A DNA stretch of 62,156 nt, counting the filler, from Hausera hauseri (lineage: Eukaryota): assembly GCA_046269625.1 (NCBI GenBank). It is 10 parts of 10 records of this genome, joined end to end, with 100 filler letters (N's around TTAATTAATTAA, not from the genome) between each part and the next. Parts side by side here need not be neighbours in the genome. Positions count along the whole stretch, not along the records: positions 23,490 to 29,286 come from JBJURY010187749.1; positions 29,387 to 36,926 come from JBJURY010008012.1; positions 37,027 to 41,117 come from JBJURY010767874.1; 7 more parts are not named here. One strand, 5' to 3'. Under the pieces are notes generated by a model, which was given only the letters and a program-made list of their open reading frames with translations, searched no databases and was not told the origin of the DNA. The translations under genes were made by a program, and so were the position numbers. Positions 26,034 to 37,599 of this stretch are shown here, piece after piece. Position 1 is the first letter of the stretch; each line of letters opens with the position of its first letter.

Positions 26034-27264
26034 ATGGCATGTGCAAAATCGGAATTGTATATTCGCAAAGCCGCGCCAAAAGTTGTTATTGACAATGCGG
26101 CATTTGAAGAAATCTGCCCCGTTTATTCGGTTTCAACGGACTATAACATTGACATTCAATTCAACATTATGGCATATGAGAATGAATATCTCGATTTGAA
26201 CGATACGTTAGTTTATGTAAAAGTCATTGTTTAAAGGGAGGCATCAATGGTTCTCGCTGCAACAGACACTGTCACAATGGCCAATTACGTTTTCCTCACA
26301 CTATTCCAGAAGGCTTCACTGACTCTAAACACCATCAAAATTGAAGGCAACACTAGTCTATACAGTATCAAAGTACTCATTGAAACGGCTCTGAATTACA
26401 GTGCAGACACAAAAACGACTTACTTGATGAAAACCATCAGATGTGACACCACTACAGCAAACCGTCACTCATGGGTGGCAGAATCAAAAGGGCTTACAAT
26501 GTGTGGACCGCTGTACTTTGACTTTTTCGATCAGGCGAAATACCTACTGCCCGGTGTTAAAGCCATGATTCGACTCAAATACAGCGACAATGCCTTTTGT
26601 TTGGAAACCACCGTTGCAAATCTCAAACCCATACTGAATATTACCGAGGCACGATTATACGTACGTCGTGTAAAGGAAGAAACATCTGTGCTCATGGGAC
26701 ATCGATTGGGCTTGGAAACACAAAATGCCTGTTACCCTATACAACGCACAGAACTCGTCACTTACACCATACCCAAAGGTTCAACTACGTTTTGCAAAGA
26801 TGCAATGTTTGGCGACATGCAATTGCTAAAATTTGTGCTCGTTACATTTCAAACGACTGTTCAACAAACGGGTAGTTATACCACGGATTCGGAAACGTTT
26901 ACCAATAGCAATGTGAATTACATCAGTTTGGGCCGGAATGCGGATTTCGTTGAGACGCACAAACAAGACTTTGAGTCCAATGATTACGTTTGCACATATA
27001 TGCAATTTATCGTACTCAACATGTTTTCTGAACAAAAACATAAACAATGGCATATCGATGGATTTGTTCAAGTCCGCCTATCCATTCTACACCTTTGTTC
27101 TGGCTCCGCACTATGTCGTTGAACAGACTCAACTACCTCAGCAGGGAAACCTGCGATTGGAGGTTCACTTTGCTAAAGCGTTTCAGCAATCTACCGTGAT
27201 GTACAATTACGGTGCATTTGATGCAGAGGTTGAAATAACGGAAAACGGAACCGTCGTTGTATAA
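26034..27264 (+). pseudogene. Major capsid protein (double jelly roll), nearly full length, one stop and one frameshift
   Basis: MACAKSEL..EYLDLNDT..MCGPLYFDFFDQAKYLLPGV..ITEARLYVRRVK..GNLRLEVHFAK, matching group-1 Maverick MCP motifs; ~410 codons. Confidence 0.9.
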
Positions 27265-27377
27265 ATAAAATCTGCTGTCTCACTTCTTCGCCGTACTATA
27301 AAGTAATTTATTACTATTATCATTATACTTAATTCATATTTAGCTCAACCGAGCTCAGTAATTGCGGAAAACTGCTT

Positions 27378-27701
27378 TTGGGCGTGAAATTTTGTGGCGT
27401 GGTTCCACTAAATGGTGTGCCGCATGATTTACGACAAACTGGCGACAGTGGCTTTATTGTCAATGCACATACTTCGTCGTTGCCGGGCAAACATTACATT
27501 GCTGTGTACCTCCACCATCCGACCAACGTCGTCAGAGTATTCAATCCGCATGGATTTTACTATCCGTCATCGTTAGTTTCGCAAACTGAATGGCAATCAT
27601 CATACCGTGTTGAATATAATCGAGTTCATCATCAACATCCAATGACTATACCGTGCGGACATTACTGCCTATTGTGGCTTACATTACAATCACTTTTGTG
27701 A
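27378..27701 (+). CDS. Adenain-like virion maturation cysteine protease
   Basis: IVN..SSLPGKHYIAV..FNPHG..HQHPMTIPCGHYCLLWL gives the H-(D/N)-Q-C catalytic pattern; follows MCP. Confidence 0.88.
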   Translation: MGVKFCGVVPLNGVPHDLRQTGDSGFIVNAHTSSLPGKHYIAVYLHHPTNVVRVFNPHGFYYPSSLVSQTEWQSSYRVEYNRVHHQHPMTIPCGHYCLLWLTLQSLL

Positions 27702-27879
27702 AATGTGTATTATTTTGTGGCTGTTGCTTTGTATATGAAAGAGCGAACAAATCATGATATGTCACAATCATTCTCCTTGTGAGTAATAGTAGTAGTACTC
27801 AATTATGAGTTCGTCGTACAAAATAAAATTCACACACGACTTTTTACAAAACGAACGAAAGAACGAACAACGATGATGA

Positions 27880-28461
27880 TGATTTTGACTTTTTAAAAAT
27901 GCGTTTATTGTCGTTCGTTCGGTTTCGTTACATTTTCACCCAGATCCATTGGTCTCATCGTGAGGCGGTTATATAAAATGCTCAACTACTGATGGATTGC
28001 GTGCTCAACCAATTTCCACAACCAGCAGACTTGAACAATGGAAAATTTTTACCGTTTGAAATTTCCCCATCAATTTTTTCCAATGTTCCCATGATCAGAC
28101 AACGTTGAAATTGTGCGCATTCGATTCCCCGACATTGATTTGATATTTGCACCGAACATTGAGCAATTCGTAACTCGTGTCTTGTTTCTCATAAAACATT
28201 TCCTGTTTTGCTTGTTTTGCTTCTGGCACCGTCCAGTAAAATTTTGAACTCTCACCGCGCTAGAAACATTTTCTCCACTCATCGAACTCCACCGATTTCC
28301 ATCGGTGACGTGCGACATGTGACGTGCTTCCGGCTGGGGAAGGGGTCTCCGACCAAAAAACATGAAATGCTCAGAACTGCGAGATAGGTTGGGAAAACTA
28401 TGTTTCAGGTCCATCTGAGCATTTTTTGGTATCGGGGGTGGATCGGACACTTCTACCTACT
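27880..28461 (-). repeat. Candidate Polinton terminal (TIR) region beginning AGTAGGTAG
   Basis: Homologous to 45148-45700; homology stops sharply at AGTAGGTAGAAGTG in both places; here it abuts Tc1 coding sequence. Confidence 0.55.
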
Positions 28462-28462
28462 A

Positions 28463-29286
28463 GCAGCATATAAAGTTAGCTACAAGGAATTAGCTGAAAG
28501 CTTTCACGCTTGAAAAGCAACAGTGATTGATTTAGTATCTAAAAGAGGTAGACATCGAATATCATAAGATCTTCAAGATCGGCAGCTAATTCGCCTAGCA
28601 GTTCACGATTCAACAGCAACTAGCCGAAATCTGGCACAACAATGGACTGCTGGAAGCAGTATTCATGCCCATCCACGAAAAATACGAGGTCGATTATGCA
28701 AAGCAGGTGTATATTCCTACATTGCTCCCAAGAAACCTTTACACACAGCCCAACACCGTGCCAGACATCTGCAGTTAGCTAATGATCATATCCATCGGAC
28801 ATTAGCTGAATAGAAGCGTGTACTCTACCGATGAAACTCTGATCAACCTTGTGCAAATTATGCAACGTCGGCGTTTCAGGAGTCGTAGGGGTGCAGGTCG
28901 AATAACAAACATTAGTCTCTTTTAGCTTCGGTGGTGTCTCCATAATAGTATAGGGTGCGTTTTCCTGGGAAGGTATATTTCCCTTTCAGCGCATACGGGA
29001 GACTATTAATGCAGAAGCATACATTAAAGTGCTTCAAAATAATGCGCTACATTTTACGGCTGCAAGAAGCAATTTAATATCAGCAAGATAACGCACCTGC
29101 GCACTGATCTCAGAGTTACCAACTGGTTCAACCAACATCATGTCCATGTAATGGAATGGCCAGCCTGCAGTCCGGACCTGAACCTTCTGGAGAACCGTTG
29201 GGCTAAACTGAAGTCTGAGCTAGAGAAAGAACGCATTCACGAATTCAATGAATTATTTGATGCAGCCAATCGTATATTCCAGTATT
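28463..29286 (+). mobile_element. Tc1-like transposase remnant
   Basis: QDRQLIRLA, KKP..TAQHRARHL, QQDNAPAH and MEWPACSPDLNLLENRW motifs, with frameshifts. Confidence 0.9.
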
Positions 29287-29386
29287 NNNNNNNNNNNNNN
29301 NNNNNNNNNNNNNNNNNNNNNNNNNNNNNNTTAATTAATTAANNNNNNNNNNNNNNNNNNNNNNNNNNNNNNNNNNNNNNNNNNNN

Positions 29387-30100
29387 AAAACTTGGTTTCA
29401 ACGTGCGGCGGAAATTCAGCGTATTTATAAGGTTTCTCTTCAATCGTTATCGCTGATACTCTATACGTGTCTCCTAAAGTAGTATAAGCATGGAGCTTGA
29501 CAGGAGTCTGCGCGTTATTGGCTATTCTAATCGGTACACGACCGGAGTGTACTCTCGTTAGCACATTACTAAGTGTTATACAAGAATTTAACGTTTCCCT
29601 TGGCTCAAAGTATACTGGTTGATCGTCATCTTGCTGAATTTGTGCGTAAATTATTATCTCCGTTCTTGGTGGTATGTTCTCATCTACCGGTATCCATACT
29701 TCTCCAAATTTTCTATCCCTAGCGTTCTTTACGCCCTTTTTTGGTCTAATTTCAATTAACTTTCCTGTTTGTAAGTCGACCGCTATATTCGATAGCCTTT
29801 TCAACAAATCGTATCCTAAAACAACATCATCAGTTAATTGCTCCATAATTGCGAATTCATGACGAAATGTCTGTCCGATTAATTGGACTTCTGGGTTACA
29901 TTTAAACATTGGTTTTGACATTTGGCCAAAAGCTCCTGTACTTCCTGGATCTTTCGTAGATGGTGCATATAACTGTCCTCTTAGCAAATGAGGTATTGAA
30001 TCATTTTTGATGTAAGACATCTCATACCCCGTATCAATTAACGCGTAAACTTCCCAATCCTCAATAATGATTTTGGCGAACGGTCTTCCTTCGATCACTG
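29387..30100 (-). CDS. Retropepsin-like aspartic protease plus post-protease beta-rich region, in frame with the Env TM and tail
   Basis: RPFAKIII..VYALIDTGYEMSYI..DVVLGYDLL; IPPRTE..VPIRIAN..PVKL..TTLG; same ORF (29331-30911) as the Env TM segment. Confidence 0.9.
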
Positions 30101-30789
30101 TTCCGAAGCAGTTCGATGCTACTTTCGAACGTTTGGTCATTGATATTTTATGTCCGTTTAATCGTATTTCTGCTGCGGATACTATGTTTTCCGATAACTG
30201 TCTTAACTCTTCGTTCGGATATAATTTGTTATTTTCTACGTGCAATTTTTCCACTTCATGAGTACTAATTAGTGGCTCCTGATTGTTAGTATGTAGTTCA
30301 GTATGTTGGAAAGTTTTAAATCTTGGGTTGTCCCAAACTGTCGACCTAGTTTCAATATTCTTAAATTCTCTTGGTAAATACAACATCTTGGGATCATCTG
30401 CGGATTGTCGATAGCACATTTTTCGTAGAATTCCGTAACGTTTTGTTCCCTCGCAGGGATCTTCTACATTAAATGTTCTTTTATAGATTTCCGTGTGATA
30501 TGAGCTCATGGATCGTTTGTCACAATCTTCGTAGAGCGGAGCTGTAGGAGGTAACATGGGCAATGGTGCATTAACGACGGAGTACACCTTATGCCTATTT
30601 ATTCCTGCAAGTGTTTCTCCTCCCTTAGGCTTGTCATCATCTGAATTATTTCTTTGTGTAATAGGTTTTGTAAATTTTTGTTTCAGTAGGAATATAGGCC
30701 TTCTTCTTCTTTTACGATTATAATAGCCAACATGGCGTTCTACATCTGATTTCCATCTATTTTCTTCGTATGATTTCAAGAATTTTTCA

Positions 30790-32610
30790 AAAGGCGTTAT
30801 GATTGCAGTCAGCATTTTACATGAAAATCCAGTTAGTGTAAATATTTCGTATCTATTTATTACTGCTTGGATGACTGTCTTAATAATTTGAATTAGAAAG
30901 TATATTGCCAAAAATCCTGATGTGGCTTATCCGAAAATCAAAAATCTTCCCCAAATTTTGTAGATTATTTCTGTTGTTACTCTCTGATAATGGTTTACGC
31001 CAAGTAATAATTCCCATTTAGCCTGATATCGTGTGTCGTCTACTACAGATGCCATTGCTCGATTTAGCTTATGTGTTCGTTGTCGTGGAAAGGCAAAAAA
31101 TTGTCTGAAAGCCTCGATTTCCTTCGGCCTGTATATACCTTTTGACGAGTGTCTTGAAATTTATCGTCTGTAATTCCTTTTGCAAGATTCGTTCCTGTCA
31201 GCTTGTTTGGAGCGGCAGTGATACCTCCATTCGGTAAACTGACCCAGTCTGTTTCACTACGTCTAAACATTGGTTCTCCTAAGCTCGCTTTACAATCCTT
31301 AAGAATGGTTGGTTGTGTCGCATTATCTAACAACACTCTTGTCAGTGGCATAGCTAATCTCGGAGTATCCTGATAAATGACAGGAAGTTCTTGAAGGCAA
31401 CGTTTTTCCTCTACGTTGATGGGTACTTCTCTCTTTTCACATTCATAGGTTAGTAACACCTCACCGGTAACTCGACCGAAAATTCCTTCTCTCATAGGAA
31501 TTATTGGAGAAGCCAATTCTGGGTTTGCATATATAAGAGCCATTTTAGTTCTCATAATTTCGGTGTCCAATTTACAGTCGTTCATTATCATTTTGTGGTA
31601 TAATTCTGTTATCCCAACTTGTCCCTTATAGTAGAAATAGTCGTCCCTATTTTTGAGGTAGTCCTCAATTCGAACGTCTTGAGTTTCCAATTTGTAAGTT
31701 TTCGTGTTTATTTCTGTTTCGGCTACAAAGAACGCTTCATAGTTTGTGGCGAACATTACTACATCGCAGCGTGTCATCATCCCTTTCTTAATAAATTTTA
31801 GTCCGTGCGGGTCGGAAATTAGTATAGTCGGTGTCGGGTGTTCCGATACATCTTCGCGTGTTCTCGAATTAGTCTCCGATTTATCTACGTATCGTTTTCC
31901 GCTGGTTTCGTTAAACTTTAACTCTTTGATTCTGATGAAGTTACAATTCCTTCCAGAGGGAGGTTCCCATATTATGACCGAGCTTCTAAAAGCGCATGTT
32001 CCGTCCTGCATATGACATTTCTGGTTCTCGGTGTATAGTTTCGTAACACTATGAAACATTACTTTTTGTGATCGCATTTCTGCTTCGTAGAAATCCACGA
32101 CCACGACATTTGATTCTAATCCTTTTCCCGTGTCATATTCCGCTCCATTACAATGTCCGCTATGCATATCCAATCTCCCAGCTACTACTTTGTATGCTCT
32201 AATTATTTTTCCGGGCTTCATTTCCAGTTGCATGCTATCCCATTGTATCCTTCCAGTTTCTTTAGCTTGTTTGCAATGTTGGCGCTCTAAATTCATCGGA
32301 ATTAAAGGGGTGGTGGGCTTAATTATGGAGGAGTGCCCATGTATTAGTCCGCAATGAAAAATGCTGCGTGAGCGTTTTAGTATGCATTCCATACCATCTA
32401 ACGATACCAATTCTTGTTGTTGATACAGGAAGTAACTTTTCTCGCGCGTTTCTAGTTTGTGTGGCCTCGCATCTTCGCAGGCTTCTAGATCCATTAGAGA
32501 ATATTTTTGTCCCAATTTAAACTTGTCACAATCGTAGACAGTTACTGCACTTATGTGCTTCATTATCATCATTAATGTAAATAAACTAATCAGCCAGTTC
32601 GATTTAGTTT
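30790..32610 (-). CDS. env: Class III viral fusion glycoprotein (chuvirus G / herpes gB-like) with internal signal peptide and TM anchor
   Basis: WLISLFTLMMIMKHISA|VTVYDC..YSL..C; C...HCG..HSS; GHCNGAEY..NVVVV; GEVLLTYEC; CLQELPV; then (frameshift) GIY..E..FP and WGRFLIFG*ATSGFLAIYFLIQIIKTVIQAVI..GFS..LTA, the motif series of chuviral-type glycoproteins. Confidence 0.85.
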
Positions 32611-33319
32611 TTCGACCTCCAACGTCCGATGTTGTCAGACTACGTAATATATCGTCGAGCCTATTGTTGCCGGGTTTATCTTCTTCCTTATCAAATAATT
32701 TTGTCCAATTTACTTCGCCGGGTATTTTTCTCGCCGCCTTCCGTGCTAAATTTATTGCTCGGTTGATTTCAGTTTCTCGGTTCGGGTTTATTTTGACGGC
32801 TAAATACAGCATAACTTTCCTCAATTCTTCATTCGTGTTTTCTACCATAATCTTCTCTATTACCGACTCATCGGTTAAGTTACTTTTTGATAGTTTGAAA
32901 CGAGTACTTTTCATTACTTTAGCTGCGTCGAAAATTATCTTTTCCTTATCATCTAGTACGTCTCCTCGAAAACTCGAATAATTCACGATCCGTACTAAAT
33001 TTTTTATCAACTCCGTTAACTCCTCGTTTTCGGTACTAAGGGTCGGAATCGACATTTGTCTCAATTCTCTGATTAGCTCTCCTTTGTAATCCACTTCTTC
33101 TCGAATCTTCCTAGGTCTGCCGACCGGACGTTTCGATCTTGGACCTTTAGGGTTTGCATGGTTTAGTGGTACTAAATTTATATCGTATTGTTCTTTATCT
33201 TCGTCTGTTTGTAAATACTCAAAATATAGCGCCGCATCTCGAACTCCCATAATTTGTCCAACGCATTGCTCTGCTATGGCCTTGCTTGTGGCTTCCTCCT
33301 TTGTCTGTTCATTAGTTGC

Positions 33320-33541
33320 TATTACTACTATTCGATTTGTTTCGTCGGGGATGATCCCTACGTCTATCAATTGTTCTAAGTCATCTAATATTCTACCCCT
33401 AAAATAAAGTCTATAACTCAGCTCATTTGTCCCTCCATTCTTCACTAGCCATTTTTTTACATCCTTTACGTAAGAATGTGTAGTCAGTTCGCATTCTTTC
33501 TCGTCCATCCATTCGGCTGACACCATAACTTTCATCGTCAC
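33320..33541 (-). CDS. Ubiquitin-like domain within the 1333-aa ORF
   Basis: VKDVKKWLVKNGG..YRLYFRGRILDDLEQLIDVGI matches the ubiquitin-fold pattern V..+K..+...G...RL.F.G+.L.D...L.D.GI; no C-terminal GG. Confidence 0.7.
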
Positions 33542-36369
33542 CTCAGGTTTAGCCCTTAAAGTTTTAGCGTACTTCTTTATCAGCAGTTTCGGCACCGTAC
33601 TATAAATTGTGTTTTCGCTAGACAACTTAGTTAAAGTTGGAATAAGTTGTCGTAGTTTATTCTCAGTAATATTTACGTTAATCAATTCCATCAAATCTTT
33701 CTCAGTTAGGGCTGAGTCCAGTAGCATTTCTACTTTGAACCTCCTGTCCTTGGGACAAGTTTCTATCTCGTTTAGCTGCACGGGAGTCATGGGTTTTTCG
33801 GCCAGTATCTCGTCGAAATATGCATCCCAGTCGGGTTCGTTTCCAGCATCTGGAAGCTGGCAGTCCACTACAACCGTATTGGCTCTTTTATTGTTCTCCC
33901 GAATTCCCTTTAATTTGGGTTGTATTTCTTTCATTCTCGTAGTTCGGAAACCTACTCCATTTCCACAGGCATATTGTATAGCTTTTAGTAATTCCCCGAA
34001 TTCGTTAGAATCAATCAACCCTTTTTGATGATAATCTGTTAATTCAAGAATCACATCCTTTTCCCACCGTTTTACAAATTCTCGTTTATTTTTAATCTCC
34101 GATTCAGTAAAAGCATACTTATTACGATAGACCGCGAGCTCTTTTGTTAATTCATCCATTCTTATCGCTTTTTGTTTCGTTTTGATAGCCGTTTCTTCTA
34201 CCTTGTGTATTTTGGGCATCAGTTGCCTCATCTGCTCATCGCTGATTTCCGCCATTTCCACCAATAAATGAGCTAATTCATACATCTCATTTATGGTCTT
34301 TGAATCCGGATCCATCGCATCCGATAATTTCTTCACGAATTTGTGTTCCTGAAAGCTAAAATGTGGATCATTTCCTATTTCTATTAACTTGGTATGGAAA
34401 TTCTGATCTGATCCGACCATCCATTCTTGAGGTCTCTGTAAGAAACTTATTGCGTCAGTTAGCGTATCTCGGTATCCTGGACAAATGTCTAGGATTTCAA
34501 TATCTTGTGCAAGAATTTCATTGATTGGTTTTCCGGTTAAGTATTGAATCCCTTCCAGCCGGACGACCTTTAACTTTGAATTTACATCGTGAATCATATT
34601 CCGTTTCTCCGTAAAATTTGTTTCTTCGATCAATTTGTAGATTTCTTCCATTGTTGATAATTCTCGTTCCTTTTCCATAAATTTCAGTTGTCGCAACGCT
34701 TCAAATTGAGTACGGATATTTATCTCTATTTTCAACGTGGCTAAGTTGTGCGCACTCTCCTCTAATCGCTGCTTCACCGTTTGCTCGCTTTGTGGAAATT
34801 CCGCTTTACGATCTTCTACCAATTTGGTTAGTCGCGCTACTAACTTGCACCATTCTGGCAATTGATTTGTAATTACAGGCTTCGCCATTACGGCTTTATC
34901 TAACATCTTGTACGCATCTTCTAGTTCATCATCCGGTCCTTTCAGGAAATTCATAACTCGTCCGATATAGTTAAACTTGTCCTTGTATTCGTCTAATTCT
35001 ACAGTACAGGCCTTTACTATATATTGAGTCTCTTCATGGTTGGGGAACATGATACGGTTCCTCAAGCTATAAATTTGTGCTCGCTTTTAATTTTCTATCT
35101 TCAGCCGGTTCTCCAAGTTTGTATATTGTTTGAGCGTATCAAATGCGATTTTTATCATCTTTATTAAAGGAGGAATATCTAACGGATCTATACCCATTAT
35201 TTCCAAGTCGATATTACTGCGTTTGTTAGGCGGTCTTTCCCTAAGCCGTTTAATCATCGCATACCGAATTTCGTTCATGATACGTTTTACGTTACGAACT
35301 ACTCTCTTCAGTTTCGGGTTTTCTTTTAATGTAGACAATAGGTTTTGGGTCTCAGTGACTTTTACTTCAACTTTATCTTCGTTCTTATTCCATCCTTCTA
35401 CAAACTCGACTCCGCTTTTGATCCACAATTCTAATTCGTGGTTCCATTTTGGTAATCTTTTCGGAGATACCTCTTCCGGCTGGCGTACCTCGATTGCTTC
35501 AACGAATTTCCCTTCGCTACGTAATTTCAAACTTTTATATAGCTTCTCGGCGTATTGTTGTTCTTTTCCAGATATATCGACTTGTTCGATAATTCGCTTG
35601 AGCTTTTCTAAATTTCGTTGCAATATTTCAGGCTCTAAACAATAAATTCTTATTTTCTTTAATTCGTCGGCGTTTTTCCATGAACGTCGGATTTTCCACT
35701 TCTTGGGCTCAAAATCTTCAGTAATCATTGTTTCTTCCTCACTAATGGGAAGTGGGCATATTTCGTTAATTTCGTCAATTGACTCTTCTGGTTCTGGTGT
35801 ATTTAAGCCAAGGTCCGTGCCGCCTTCTAGAACGACGCTCGGCTTTTCTGTTTTCTCAATTTTCTTTTTGTTATTTTGGAACGCGAACGGCTTCTATGTT
35901 TGGTTTTTAATGATGGGCTGCGGCCTCTATTTTTTGTAATTTTAAGTATTAATGGCTCCATGAATTCTTTTTCTGTCGCTTCATCTTCAGTAAGTTTAGC
36001 AACTTTTTCAACTGCGAGGTCGGGCTCTGCGTCTAAATCGACTACCGTCGATGGGCCTGATTCATCGGGCACCTTGTTACTTGTCGGAATACTCTTCTTC
36101 TGTGTCATATCGCTTCGCTTAGGTGCTATCTCGTGCTCGTATTCCGTTTCGGGTTCTGTTAGACCATGATATACCTCTAGCAATCGCAATTTATCTCCGT
36201 ATTCTCTTCTGGCCATCAAAATTTGTACGTTCGTAGTGTCTGGTTGAGTCTCCAAGAATTTTCTCAAATCCTGTATATCGATGATGGTGGTCGTATCTCC
36301 CCGGACGCCATATTTTGCTTCTAAGTTCTCATTAATTCTAATCATACTAGTCTTATTTGGTTCCGTAAA

Positions 36370-36926
36370 TGAAACGCTACGCGGATTTGGACACGACCTC
36401 GAAATGTGTCCTTCTTTGCCTCAAGTAAAACAAACCAAGTTTCCATTCCTGCCGACTCTCTGTCGACCGTCTTCGTTAACTGGTGACTTGGATCTAATTA
36501 TGCCTTTACTAAACTGAATTGACGGGCTTTGCGTATTATCGGTATATCGTTTGTTATCATTACCTCGGTAATCGCCAGTTTGATTTGAGTAGGTCGAACT
36601 TCTGTAACTTCCTCTATTCCTATCCCAATCCGAGTCTGGTTTGTTTGTATAATTATTACCTCTGCCATTTCTGTAACTGTTATTATTATTCCTATTTCCA
36701 TAATTTCTATTACCTGTAAATCGTCTGTCATCTCTTCGGTCATCTCTTCTATCATTCCTTCCATGATTTTCATTGCGATTTCTATCATTACGGTCACTCC
36801 GATCAGTATTCCTCTCGTTTCTATCGTTGTGCCTGGCGTATCTATCCAGCGCCATTTCTAGATCTTGAGCTAGTCGTAAGGTTTCTTCAAAATTTTCAGG
36901 TCTGGCCAGAATCAATTGTTTAACTA
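36370..36926 (-). CDS. gag: Gag C-terminus with R/D/N-rich region and CCHC zinc knuckle (one Cys codon now TGA)
   Basis: LARPENFEETLRLAQDLE capsid C-terminal motif; CFT*GKEGHISRSC fits CX2CX4HX4C. Confidence 0.85.
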
Positions 36927-37599
36927 NNNNNNNNNNNNNNNNNNNNNNNNNNNNNNNNNNNNNNNNNNNNTTAATTAATTAANNNNNNNNNNNNNNNNNN
37001 NNNNNNNNNNNNNNNNNNNNNNNNNNGGAAATTTGAAAATTGAGGAAACATATACACTGAATCGTCGAGATTGTCATCCAGGAATAATGGGTGGTAAAAT
37101 ATTTTCGTTGATGTAGGTCTATAAATCTAAGACGGATGGATACAAGAACTAATGACTTCCCATAACATTTTGTCTGTCATTACAAAAAAATATCTGGAAA
37201 CTGGCCTCTCAGTACTTTCATTACAACTTACATGACTTTACGACATTCATCATATGGACTTTTTTAACATCGTACTCTTCACCTTAAATTTCAGAAGCCG
37301 TAAATCCAACAGTTCCTAGCATCGTATCCAAAATCGCCATGCTTAACATTTAGATATCGATCCGTCGTTTGCTTTCTAAAATGAGAGTAACATGTTGGAG
37401 AGATTGCTATCGCCACTTGAAGTTGAATTTTCGCCTCTTAGGAAATGAGCTCTGTCCCCCCATGGTCAGATGAAGACTATAAAAAGAAGAATAAATGGAG
37501 ATTATAGTAGGAAAAGGAAGAACTTGTATCTATTTGGTTATCGTCCGTGTTAGACGTTGGACTCCGTCTATAAACTTCTCTTTGCTGTAAGTACTTAAC

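Larger units (their letters stand above)
23720..28461 (+). mobile_element. Polinton/Maverick-like fragment, copy B: control block, truncated penton, core, MCP, protease, candidate terminus
   Basis: Gene order penton-core-MCP-adenain; homology to copy A throughout. Confidence 0.88.
29387..36926 (-). mobile_element. Envelope-bearing Gypsy-type retroelement: Gag C-terminus - long spacer - class III glycoprotein - protease (both ends cut by contig edges)
   Basis: Five consecutive ORFs join into one reading path with three in-frame stops (36421, 35087, 30927) and two frameshifts (~35880, ~31140). Confidence 0.88.

Noticed and set aside
28070-28450. 126-aa ORF (and 45158-45511) as a conserved protein
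   Set aside because: Lies in the shared terminal repeat; indels break the frame between the two copies.
30927-30929. Stop-codon reassignment (TAA=Gln) suggested by TAA at probable Gln positions here, at 35087 and at 55026
   Set aside because: The same elements also have TGA/TAG stops and frameshifts, and other genes end in TAA; ordinary C-to-T decay explains it.
31619-36719. Numerous + strand ORFs opposite the envelope element
   Set aside because: Antisense shadows of a long coding strand, with no motifs.
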